Of a stretch of DNA of 33,871 bases, positions 9,621 through 20,840 are shown in pieces (the stretch's first letter is position 1; the number at the start of each line of letters is the position of its first letter). Source of the stretch: Folioceros fuciformis (Eukaryota); NCBI GenBank assembly GCA_049999805.1, contig JBNGIO010005255.1, positions 1-33,871 of the forward strand. The letters run 5' to 3'. The notes beneath the pieces were generated by a model, which had not been told where the DNA came from, did not search any database, and saw nothing but the letters and a program-made list of their open reading frames with translations. Position numbers and translations under genes: made by a program.

Positions 9621-12600
9621 TCAAAATTTTTGCACTTGATACGATCTATGTACACTAAGCTCAATCAAAGCTGCCCTTGACAAGTAAGATCATCGACCTA
9701 ATCTAAACCCTTTTGATAGGGTAAGCAAAAACTTTGAAAATAGCAGACGTGAATTTGGGCAATCGCTTGAATGAACATTAGGGTTAATGGTGGTAGCCAC
9801 GAAGCTAGGTATTGTAAGCGTAATTGGCGCATGGTTTACTATCGCTTGATGCCCGCACCGCTACATCGCGCGGAATAGCCTGTTGGTGTACACAACGGGT
9901 TTAGCTCACGGAAGGAGGATGAGAACTGGTAAGGCTGCGTCGTTGGGCGAAACGGAATGGCTTTTGGCACCAGCCGTAAGGCCTGGCACAACCGTACAGC
10001 ACGGGCTGTGGCAGGCATTAACTTCCATCGGGTATCGATGTGTAGGCTCGATGGCTCACCCTGCCACCCCTCGAGCCGGGACAGGCCACCTTCGGGGCCT
10101 ATTCCAAAACTATCCCAGATGCCCGTTACCAAGGCCCGTCGCCCACTGGCCCCACAACAGCCTGAATCGCGAGTTCTCAAACGCCACGGCTGTCACATTG
10201 GCGTCGGTGGTATTGCCTCCGCTGGACACCAGCTCGCCGCCGACATCCATCCACCAACCCCTCGTTAACCGCCTGCAGCACCGTCGGCTTCGCAGCGGCG
10301 AGTGGAAGCACGCCAGCCGACACGGACAGGGACACGCACGCAGACAGGCGCCGCGGCGTCACCAACAGCAGCGGCTTGGAGCGATGTACGCGAGCTCGGA
10401 TCTGCAGTTGCCGGGACTTGAGAATCCCACGATCCCACTTGCTGGTCGCCGGGATCCCAGTCGGACCAGCGCAGAATCCTTGGTCAGTCTCGCACAACTC
10501 CGCATAGTCGGCACAAATGTCCCGGCCCCGTAGCTGAAATTCAAGCTTCATCTTCTAATTCCGTGCAGACCAGTTGAGTCCTCAGCAGAGCCGGGCCCAT
10601 CCAGGACCCTGAATTTGGATCGGAGATCCTTTCCCGAAGCAAATGTCCGGTAAGGCCGTACTCCCGAGGATCAAGGTGGGAGCTGAGTTGTTCCGAATCC
10701 GTCAACAGCAGCACAACCTGGGCGAGAGCTTCTCGTCGGTGGGGGCCATGTCCCTCGATTCCCTCCTTGTGGCACATTCCACACCATCTTGCTGATTTGA
10801 GTGTCACCCAACCGGGTTACCCTGGATCCCCAACACACCGAGACTCAAACCGCAGTCCTCCTGCGAGTTGCTCCTCCACCTCCCAGAAGCCTCGCACCAG
10901 CAGCCTCTGCTCGTGCTCCCACAAGCTCAGCCCCTCACTTCAACTCTGGCTGATCCAAAATCCGGCACTACTCGACAACGACACCTTCCAAAACACTCGT
11001 TGTCCGAGCTCCGACATCGGCCCGAGGTGGTGCAAGAATGCTCGCCGCGACACCACTCTTCCTGCTTGGAATCCCTGTTGCTGGACCCACCTGAAGAAAT
11101 TCAGCGCCACACTGGCATCTCTCCGCCTCTTCGAAATGATCCTCACTTGTGGAGCAGAGGATTGCACACGAGGCTGGTTTCGAGACTCCACAGTCGCCGG
11201 TCCCCGATGTTTCCTCAAGATGTCGCCGGTCCAGCCAAGATGAGCCAGCTTCAAATGCGTGCGGGTACCGAATGGGAACAAGCTCCCATCCAGACACCGG
11301 AATTCCTCAGCCAGCAATTGCTCCGCCTGCATGGCTTCATCTTCACCTACCGCCTCCTTCTCGGCTACCAGCAAAATGAGCTGTTGGTTCTTGTAAAGCA
11401 ATGGGTCGATGCCGCTAATCTCTCCTCTCAGTAGATCCCATCCCAGCGCAATCGCATCGGCTTGAGCCAGTAGGCTCCCTCATGGCATCGCTGGAACTGT
11501 CAATCCAGCTGTACAGTAGGCAGCTTTCCGAGCACCGTCGTGTTGGTGATGGGCCTCGGCAGCAGCCTCCCGGCTGCGAATCGGGACCTGGCAATCCGCG
11601 GAGGGAACCTGTAAGGGTTCTGCAAGCTGGGAAGGCCGCGGTTTCGCAGGAGGGTCCTCCTGCCGTGGTCACTGTCCACCGTGAAGCCCCGGCTGCGGAT
11701 GTCGCTCTTGGTATGGCCGTGGCTGCGGCTGTGGCTGCGTGGAGAGGTAGAGTGCCGGCTTCGGCCGCTGCTGCTGACGCTAGGTCCACGAGTGCGGGCC
11801 ATGTCCTCCTGGGAGGAGGCCTTGCTGTTCATAATCATTGTGATCCTGGTCCTAGGCTTGGCCGCCTCCTTGGAATCTGTCTTGATTGAGTGCAAGAGGA
11901 AATCCGGGAGCCTGTGAGTGGCCTTCCGGACTACAGGATTTATTGTCAGCAAATCGTGGGCGCTCAAAGCCGTCCCCGGAGCCTCGTCTCGAGATGGACC
12001 AGGATTCCGTTTTGCACTCCCGTAGCTTCTAGCATTGTAGCTCCTCAGCTAGCCCATCCCAGTTCCAAAACGACAGTGCGAAGTCCAGATCTCTCACCAC
12101 CGTCCCCAGCATCCTCTCGTAGAAATACAAATACCGGCGGTGGAAGGGCAGGAGGAGCCAGTTTTTGCGGATGCAGTAATCCGCAATGCTGTGCTCCCGT
12201 GGCTGCTTTCGTGCCTCGTACGCTAGACTTAAACCTCAGCCCGTTCCAAGTGCAAGACATCCGATGCCGACGAGAATCGTCGCTCATCGGAACGCACCCA
12301 TCCGGATCCACCCGCTCTACTCGCCGCTCAGAGTCCGCTGTCCTGAACGGACCTGAAGTCCGATTCACACTGAAGTCGGACAGATAGTCGGACCTGAGTT
12401 GTAGGCCGGTCCTCGTTCTGTCCGGAATGTTCTTGGGTTCCAGTCCGGTGGAGCTCAGCTCGTGTTTCCAAAACGAACTTGGTCCGGAGAATTACTCCGG
12501 TCCGAAAATACTTTCGGACTCCGGGAGGAATTACATCAATATCGGAATCCTGAAAATTACCTTTTCAAGTCCGTATTTTTTTTGGGATTGACATATACCA

Positions 12601-13969
12601 CAGTACACACAGCCAAAACCCACGAAGACCTCGGCAGTTAAGACAGGGTCAGGATAGCACGAGCCATGGACATCAAATTGCCATTAGTCCTTTCGGCCAC
12701 GCCATTCTGCTAAGAGGTGTAAGGCACGGTGAACTATCTCAAGATGCCATGTTCCTTGTAGAAATAACAAATCGGATGGTTGTTGAGTTCCCCGCATTGT
12801 TGAATTGAATACACCAAAGTTTATGACCAGTTGAATTGAATACACCAAAGTTTATGACCAGTCTGTAACTCAGCCATAGCAATTTAAAGGGTAAGAACAC
12901 ATTATATGAGTCACTCTTAAGACGGATTGGACACCCAAACGTATCTTTGAAGTCATCAACGACAATCATAAAATGTTAGCTTCACTTAAAAGAAGCAATA
13001 GGTAGAGAGCCACATAGATCTACATGAACTAATCAAGAGGCGATGAAGAACGACAAGCCGGAAGAGAAGGATAAGGTGAACTTCTATGTTTGGCAAGCAC
13101 ATAGGCTTCGCAGAAAGGCTGGGTCAAGGAAATCCTTGGAAGCTTATCTCTTTACAAATCTTGTTGAAAGGTGGCAAACAACCGGGCATGATTGATATGC
13201 GCAAGGTGGCAATGCCAAAGAAGAGTGTTACACGGGTATGACCTCCTTTGAGGCTGGTCTTCGAGAGAGCAGGGACCAGCAAGGAGGTAGGCACCAAAAG
13301 CACAGGCTTGCCTATGAATACATACAAGTCATGGCAGGGATGACTTCTAGCAATGATAACATAGGGTTAGAACATTGATATAATAAGCAGTCTACAGGGC
13401 TAAACTCAAGCCGAAAGGAGCCGTCCCACACAAGTTGTCGAATGGAAATGAGGTTCTTGGTCGTTTGGGACACATGTAAAATGTTAGATAGAAACATGGA
13501 GGATCCATCAACCAAGGTGAAGGCAACATATCCAATCCCTATAATCAAAAGACAAGAGTCATCTCTAAGTAGCACGAAACTCTAAGTGTCATCGATTACC
13601 TTGTACCTTGTGAACATAGTCTTGTGATTGTAGATATGCTTTGACGTAGCATAATCTATCAGCCATGAATCTCTATACTCAAAGGCCACAAGACAAATAG
13701 TGAGAGCAATCCTAGGGTGAGAAGGGTTCTTGGCCTTACATAAAATAGCCATGACGTTTGTCGTGTGAGGTTCTCACTTGGCCTCACTAGCTTGCTTTTT
13801 CCGGCACTCCTATTCCTAACATTTCTGTGTTTGACACCAGTTGCATGTCCCTTGACCCTTTGACGGCTTGGATGAGGAAGTGAGCTTGTAGGGGCACGAG
13901 GAATTGTTCGAACAGTTACTTTAATTGGAATTCTTACGTTGTAGTTGACGTCCTTTGGATACGAACAAG

Positions 13970-13979
13970 NNNNNNNNNN
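13970..13979. other. Assembly gap with a duplicated 43-bp flank
   Basis: Ten N bases; ggaattcttacgttgtagttgacgtcctttggatacgaacaag occurs at both 13927-13969 and 13980-14022. Confidence 0.9.
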
Positions 13980-14468
13980 GGAATTCTTACGTTGTAGTTG
14001 ACGTCCTTTGGATACGAACAAGGCCTATTCTCCTCCATGTTTTGAAGTCCCAACGTTGAGCTCAGTAGACTCCTCTTGAAGGCCAACGATTTTGGACACG
14101 GTAATGTTGGGCACTTAGCTCTACTTCATAGCTCGGCGAGAAGCTCTACTTCATAGCTTGGCGAGAATTTCTCCCTATTTTGAGAGGAAACAAAGGTCAA
14201 GTAGCTAGTCGGAGGCTATTGAGTAATTGAATAGCAATTTCATATTCAGCGATGGTCATCCCAAGAGCAGCAAGCTGTGCTCATACATATGGAAACTTGC
14301 TGATATGTTGAGCAACACTACATGGCCCATTTGCAAAGAATAAAATTCCAATCGTATCATACTCAACGTCATAACCTTGGTTGACTGATAGATGTTGGAA
14401 CCAAAGATGAATAAAATCAAGGAGGAATACTTATGACATTATCTAGGAAGAATACTTATCACATTGTG

Positions 14469-14970
14469 TGTAGAGGTTGCCGAGTTTGTAAAGATTGAGT
14501 AATTAGGTTGATAGAGTAATCATATGAGGTTGCAGAGTTTTATTGCAATAATACTATAAATAGCTAGCTCCACAAGGTATACCTACAATTTTGCGTATAC
14601 TATACTTGTCTTGTCCACAAATTACACCTTTCCAGATTTATTACAAGCTACATCTTTCTTACAACAACTACAGAAACTACAAACCTTTCTAAATAATAAT
14701 AAATTTTATTTATTTTTAAAAACAAGATTAAAAAAATCATCTACTCTTATAAGGGATAAATTGATTCGGACACAAAGGGCTAACCCTGGGACACTTAAGG
14801 GCTCACCCTTGGGCCCTGGGACACTTAGGGGTTTGGCCTTGGGACATCCACTAAGGGCTGACCCCCAGAAGCATGTGGACAACCAATAGTAGGTAAGGTG
14901 TGGAAACAAAAAAGAGTTTCCACGGGTCAAGGGTTTCTCCAATTTAATACATCGAACGTCCCGAGTAGAT
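14469..14970. mobile_element. Possible LTR fragment related to the 5176 element
   Basis: It starts tgtagaggttgccgagtttgtaaagattgagtaattagg, resembling tgtagaggtggtttttgtacgactggtacttagg at 5176. No TSD found. Confidence 0.3.
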
Positions 14971-15134
14971 ACATTTAGATGATATTTACCCTATATATAT
15001 AGTAATAATAATAATAATAACAACAAATTAACAATACAAGGTCGGTAGATGAAAACAACCGTGTGTGACTTATCGCTCGCCGGTAACACAGCGATCTAAT
15101 TGTGCTTTCAGTTCATCTATTTTCTCCTCTTCCG

Positions 15135-16920
15135 TCATCCTTGCTTTGAACGCCTCCCGAGGAATCCCATGAGAAAACGTTTGCTGGAAGGGTGTGGCTC
15201 ATCAATGCTGGCAGATGGACCAGATTGAAAATCAGTGGGAGCCTGCAGGACACATGTGTCAACCTCGGGGGTAAAGTAAGCAGATCCAGATCACCCACCT
15301 CTAACACGACTAGTTAGAAACAAGCTGCTACAATCCAACCACGCTGTGGAATCTCATGTGGCCAGCATGAACTGCCTTCGTTGGAAAGGTATTGGGGAAG
15401 GCTCTCTTCCTCCTCAACTTCCCTTAAGGGAATGGTTGCTTGCGTGGCATATCACACCAGACCATGCGGTCAAGATTTGAATGATAACTTACATTTCGTA
15501 CAGGTGAGGAAACAGATGTTGCAGCTGCAGGTCCATAGGCTGTTTGAGTACTAGGCTTTGACCTGCTGGCAACTGAAGGTGAAGACGCGTTGCTGGCAGA
15601 TTCGAGATCTGAGAAGAGTTGGAAAGCAAGCAAATTAATATACACCAGACCACCAAAGTGCATCATAACCATGGCCAATTGCCTCGTGGAGAGCGTGGAA
15701 AAGAAGAAGCGTACCAGATGATGATGAGACAAAAGATCCGTGATTGAAAGAGGACTGAGCTCGCACACTGCTGGAAGTGGGGGTGTGATGAAAGAAGCAG
15801 ACAAAATACAAAAGCAGTGACGCATGTGTAGAGAAATAATTGTTCCTGGGCAGCGAAGACTAAATTACCTGTTAATCGGATGTGGATGAGTGGTATCTGA
15901 TGCCAAATGCCATAGCAAAGATTTTGACCCACTTGCTCCTAATTATGAAGAAAGTGATCAAACGACCGCAAACATCACCAATTCTTAAATATCCATTCCA
16001 TTTCACGCAGTGGATAATTCTTTTGCCCCTCCAAAAATGTACCTCGATGAGACTGATCAGGTTGCACAGGACGAAGTTGCTCGGGGTTGAATGCTTGAGG
16101 AAACAGGTCTGGACTCTGTGCTCTTTCTTCTGCTACAGGGTCTGCGATAACAAAGATTGTCGTAAAGAACCTACAACAAGTTATGATTAAATCACCGAAC
16201 ATGCAGACCAGCTCATGGCAACGTCTTGCCTTTGAGAATGTAGTGGCTATAATTTCGTGGGCACGTCCTGATCAGAGACTGCTGCTTCATGCCCTCACGC
16301 TCAGAATGCTCCTGACATGAGCGCAGACGCTAGAAAGCCCAATCACTCAGTCAATAATCCTTTTTCTTAAGCCCACGACCAAGACTGGGACATCATAATG
16401 AGCATGTTCTGTACTTGAGAAAGGGAATCGCTGCGAGTCTGGATTATGGAGAGCTCGTTGTTCTCCTGGGCTAGCAGATCATTCAGCTTGTAAGCGACAG
16501 TCCCCAGGTGATCCACAGCATTTACAAGAGCCTTGATAGAATAATCTTTGAGATTTTCCAGCACCCTAAGCACGGCCCACTGGGTTACAAGCATGACTAT
16601 CAGGGCGACCCTACACACACGTGAAAGGGACTAGAACGACACTTACACTTGCTTCTGGTCACTGTAGTGATAGGAGGACTCGAAATATTCTGCAGCGGAG
16701 TACAACTGCGGACGCAGATTCTTCAGCTCCTAATGGTTCGAGGACACGTCGAAATTTCAGAAACACAGAGAAGCCACAAGGGCCTTTGAATTCAATCATT
16801 CATGAAGGACCTCACCTGCAGAGCCACGGTAAAATTTCTACTGCGCTGCATGGAGACTTCATCATAGGTAAGATGCGACTCCTCGGACGCTGCCGGTGTC
16901 GGTGGTGCACGACGCTCCAT
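15135..16920 (-). CDS. ABIL: ABI-1-like (Abl interactor-like) SCAR/WAVE complex subunit, ~9 exons
   Basis: Spliced translation: MERRAPP..TYDEVSMQRSRNFTVALQ (16920-16816) | ELKNLRPQLYSAAEYFESSY (16729-16647) | VLENLKDYSIKALVNAVDHLGTVAYKLNDLL (16565-16415) | RLRSCQEHSEREGMKQQSL..HYIL | ... SKSLLWHLASD ... | PSSKRFLMGFLGRRSKQG* (15242-15135). These match plant ABIL motifs. Confidence 0.92.
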
Positions 16921-17550
16921 GGCGGCTACCCCGTTCGGCTTCTCAGCTTAAGCTCGGACCTCAAAGTTGAGCGAGCAGAAAACTGCAGCTACACCTCTTA
17001 CGAAGAGGAAAGTTGAAGGAAAAAATAGTTTTCCTTTTCTTCACGGTCGGTGCTAGGAAAGTCGGGCCCGCCTCCGCCCGGTAGAGGGCTCGGAGCCCCT
17101 TGGAACCTTGACAAACGTAAGTAGCTACATATTCGAACAAGGTTGTGAAGCTGCCGCGGTGTGGGTGAAGAAGCTCCTGCTTCAAGAGGCAGGGCCGGTG
17201 CCGACAGCACGGTATAGATGTACATATGCCACAGGGCCAGAGTTCTCTCCATCTTGCCACGCCAGCCTGGACAGGATATCATGAATCTGTTTAAGGCAAT
17301 CGCTCTCACACGAGCTTCAGAACTCCCTGTGCCCTTTCTGGTCGACAGCAGAATTCTAACGAAAAAAACAAACAAACATTGTTCCAATCCTGCTTTAACA
17401 GCACTCAAAGTGTACAACATTTGGTCCAGCATTTCTCTGCTGTAACGTATCGTTTCAGTGGCTCTGAATTCCCCAAAACAACGGCCCAAGACAGGTACAC
17501 CAACTCTACGTGCGAACTTCCCCCGAAAAGTATCGTCGTTTAAAAAAACT

Positions 17551-20500
17551 TCACTCCGTTGCTCGAGTTAGCTCCTCTATGTAAACTTCAACATTTGCGT
17601 CATATTCTGCGGCTCGTCGCAGAAATTGCAAAGCCTCGGCCTTCGCACCTTGCTGGCATAGAACACTGCAATGAAATCTACCATATTGTGATCAACGCAG
17701 ACGATGGAAAAGTTCAACTGACCACAGGTCCAGTCTATCCAAGTTCACAGTCTAATTATGGATGCACAAAACTTCCACACAAGTGGAAAAAGGGTAGGGT
17801 GGAAATGATAAGAGGAGAGCTCGCCTGCCCAATGCCACCAATGCCTTCAAGTATCGCCGACGCACGCGTTCATCCTCGGGCACTTCAAATTTCTCCACTG
17901 CTCTCAGAGCTTGAATGGCCTCATCTATTTTTCCCTGCCCAATAGAAGATCACCAAATTCATGCCAACCTCAAACCAAATGAACTAGTAGTGCCACGTCG
18001 TCATAATACTGAATCAAAGCCACAGATGCTGGTGCGCCACATAAGTAGAGAAGTTCTAGCTCTACCTGATGGTGCAAGGCAAGCCCAATACCAAAATATG
18101 CAGAGATCAATAGCTGGTTGTCTTTAGTCTGGAACAAAAAAACCTGCGTCAGTGGACGCTAATTCCTCCAGATATAATAACGAGGCCGCCAATCCCATGT
18201 CCAAACACAGCCACACAAACAAGAATTGACAAAAATTCACCTTTGATAACACGCACGTATAAGAGCAAACAGCCTCTGCCCATTGCTGATTCTCGAACTG
18301 CAGCCTGCCAAGTGCACTGAAAGCCTCTGGACAATCTGGATACTTCTCAACGGCCCGACTGCACAAGACAAATTTACAGCCTTCAGAGGTGCGCAAAGTA
18401 GAGGCAAGCAGCACGTCACTGGACAGCGAAGCCTTATATCACATGACAAGCCTCATATCACAATGCATTGATTCCTCCATTGCTGCAGAGTCATTTCAAC
18501 TCGCATACAGTCAAGATGATGTTCCACAGTGGGACACGAAACCTTACTAGAGGAGCTGTAGTCCTACTTCCCGTTTGCCTTGCGCTACATGGTTTGCAGC
18601 ACTCTGAAGTAAATATTAGTTTGCATGGATCTCACGGGATGTGCCCATGACAACACTCAACTGAACGAGCTCTGAACTTATACACTTGTCCACAAGCAAA
18701 TGACGTAGAAATACCAAAATTATCTCATCCGAAGCTACCCCTGCCAGGCCTGCCTCCCTGTCACCAAGCAATCTTCGGTCTGGACGACGTGGCAAGCCAA
18801 GCTTTTTGCGAACAATTGGCTGCTGCAAGGCCATAGCCTACAGTAAACCAGTGCTGACATAAGCTTTAACTGTGTTAACATAAACTTATGTGCCCACGAC
18901 ATTGGTTGGCATGAACACATCTATGTAAAGGTTCCATAAATCCTCTGCCAAACAATCGATGACCGGACATCACAAATCTGCAAAACAAGCATGGAAAGAC
19001 TGCAACATTTTAAACCAACTCTGAAACTACCTGGACTAGACTGCAAATGTTGTTTGGGAGCCAGTACATGAATACTCCCTGCAGTGCCACTAAGCTGGTC
19101 AATATCAGCGAAACTAAACTCCGTGAAGATGAGCCTTCTAAGCGGGCCACGCAAGAGTGTGCACACTTATTCTTGACCTGTGGCAGGTAGAAAGCGATGA
19201 GCATTGTGGGTATTGTGGCAGCCTCCAGGCCCCACTTGTAGAACTGAACCATGCACACTCAGCTCTTAGAAGGCAATGGAGGTAGCCAACGAATATGTGA
19301 GACGGCCTGACAGCTGATTACAGCTAACTTTAGGGACCAAAGAAACGGAAACTTTCATCTAGACGCTGAAAAAAGTTCAGAAAGCACCTTCATGAAGGTC
19401 GCCATTCCTCCTGTCTGTTCTTCAACGCCTCTCAATGACACCTACATTTCTAAAGCCCAGCACACCCAAACAAGAAACCAAGCACCCTTGTGCTTTTCGT
19501 CATAAACCGGCAGAAGTAGAGTGCGGACGCATGAAAAGTGCAAACAGTCTGCCTTACCTGCAGATTGATGAAGTACGTCCAGGCCACCATGAGAGGGAAA
19601 AGAGCCCCAACAAAACCTTGACCAGGCACAGAAAGATCCAGAAACCACAGCGCACCGCCCTGATAAATCATCCGCCGTGCTTGCTGGTCACTGTGGCATC
19701 CTTGCATATCTACCATGAAAACCGTCGAGGCTACTTAGCATCGATCTTGCAGAAGAAAGTTGCTAACCACGTCAAACCCTGGATGAGGGGCCAGTGCCAT
19801 CCGTCGGACTGCCAAAATCCATGATATGAATAGGGGTACCTGCTTGGAATCATGAGCCTAGCTTCAGAGATACAACAGCAGTTACGCAGCACGAGAGGAC
19901 AGCTACCAAGAATTACACTTATGGTAAGGCAGTAAGTGCGAGAAAGCATTGAACCTGCACAATAGGGACGACAATGAGCCAAGCAGGACTAGGCACACCA
20001 AGCTGTTGGCGTCTTCGCGTGAAGAGTTGATACCGCTGGACAAAACTTACGCCTGTAGGTTTGGACTTGGACAGAGGAACTGCACACCAACACGGCCAGA
20101 TGAGAGAACAAATTGAAATAATGGGATCAGAAAAAGCTGAGGTCACCGCTGTTTACAGTTTGCCCGAAGCTGCATCAACTGTGACGCTTTCCTGAGCTGG
20201 GTTACAGTGAGTGGGAAGAGCAGAGCACGCAGGGCGAGCGTTGAGCTGACGATTGTCAGCCACCTAAAACAGAGGAAGAGAGCAGTTGAGAAAGACGATC
20301 ATGACTGATGGCTCAGGCAAGAGTATAAGGGGTAGAAACGTACCAAGGCAGGCCGGTGAGCGCGTGGATTCCATCCAGAATTACCACTGCGAAGTCCACT
20401 GGAGCGTTAAGCACTGCGTACACAGCAGAGCTTGTGGAATCTCCGTCGGCCAAACAATTTGGAGTGTTGACGGCCAATGCAGCTGAGGTGGATTCAAGCT

Positions 20501-20660
20501 CAAAGTGGGAGTCAGACCCCGCACTACGAGTTTGCACACCGTCCGGCGATAGAAGGAAAGCCGCAACCCGAGGACAGAGAGGAGAGGGGCGATTGAAGAG
20601 TCTTCTGCCGCTGCAGGACCCGGAAGCACAAAGGTGCCGGAACACGGCCGCGCCCGCCAT
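17551..20660 (-). CDS. ALB3L: ALBINO3-like / OXA2-type YidC-Oxa1-Alb3 membrane insertase with C-terminal TPR-like repeats; organellar targeting peptide likely
   Basis: Exons encode LDGIHALTGLPW|WLTIVSSTLALRALLFPL, VPLFISWILAVRRMALAPHPGFD, GGALWFLDL, FYLPQ|GVFMYWLPNNICSLVQ, LQQPIVRKKLGLP. A TPR-like tail follows: RAVEKYPDCPEAFSALGRLQFENQQWAEA...GAKAEALQFLRRAAEYD..TE*. Confidence 0.88.
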
Positions 20661-20840
20661 GGAATTGGAGGTATGACAAGTGGTTCTCAGATTCAGAAGA
20701 CAACTTCGTCCGAACTAGGCAACCTGGAGAAGCTGCTGAAAAGTTGTGAGGGCTGGCGTTAAAAAAAAACCTATCTGGCAGCGACACATACTTGTGTATA
20801 CATTTTCATTCATCTTCGTACAGTACAAAAAATTTAGGAG

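Larger units (their letters stand above)
6094..10047 (-). mobile_element. Complete Mutator-like element (MULE) with long imperfect TIRs and a 9-bp TSD
   Basis: Left end GCCTACACATCGATACCCGATGGAAGTTAATGCCTGCC (6094-) is the exact reverse complement of the right end (-10047). Similarity extends ~130-220 bp inward. TCGATGGCT is duplicated at 6085-6093 and 10048-10056. Confidence 0.95.
5176..12593. mobile_element. LTR-type insertion (TG...CA ends, 5-bp TSD TATAC); likely a ~3.45-kb solo LTR or non-autonomous element once the nested MULE is removed
   Basis: TATAC at 5171-5175 is followed by TGTAGAGG; ...GGGATTGACA is followed by TATAC at 12594-12598. Removing the insert restores the copia integrase text AVCTVVYIKNRS. 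Confidence 0.8.
4340..14450 (-). mobile_element. Degenerate Ty1/copia LTR retrotransposon (gag-protease-integrase), interrupted by a nested insertion and truncated before RT
   Basis: Minus-strand translation gives protease/downstream LSNILHVSQTTKNLISIRQL (~13430-13500), pre-integrase LWHCHLAHINH (~13190-13220), integrase core VHVDLCGSL..FMIVVDDF and EHGILR*FTVPYTS*QNGVAERTN..AVCTVVY (to 12594). It resumes across the insertion with YIKNRS..GCTPYKCWHGSKP..KLD..FMGYGEDHKAYKLID (5175-4960) and EGDPL (~4370). Many stops and frameshifts; outer ends are approximate. Confidence 0.85.

Noticed and set aside
9839-12387. Many overlapping 100-216 aa ORFs on both strands
   Set aside because: GC-rich transposon-internal sequence with no recognisable domain apart from a short PPR-like phrase; the longest ORF crosses the MULE TIR/TSD boundary.
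12802-12862. ~30-bp tandem duplication (also a 25-bp duplication near 14117-14166)
   Set aside because: Ordinary local duplications within the decayed copia element.
13927-14022. Perfect 43-bp direct repeat
   Set aside because: It flanks an N gap exactly, so it is most likely an unmerged contig overlap rather than biology.
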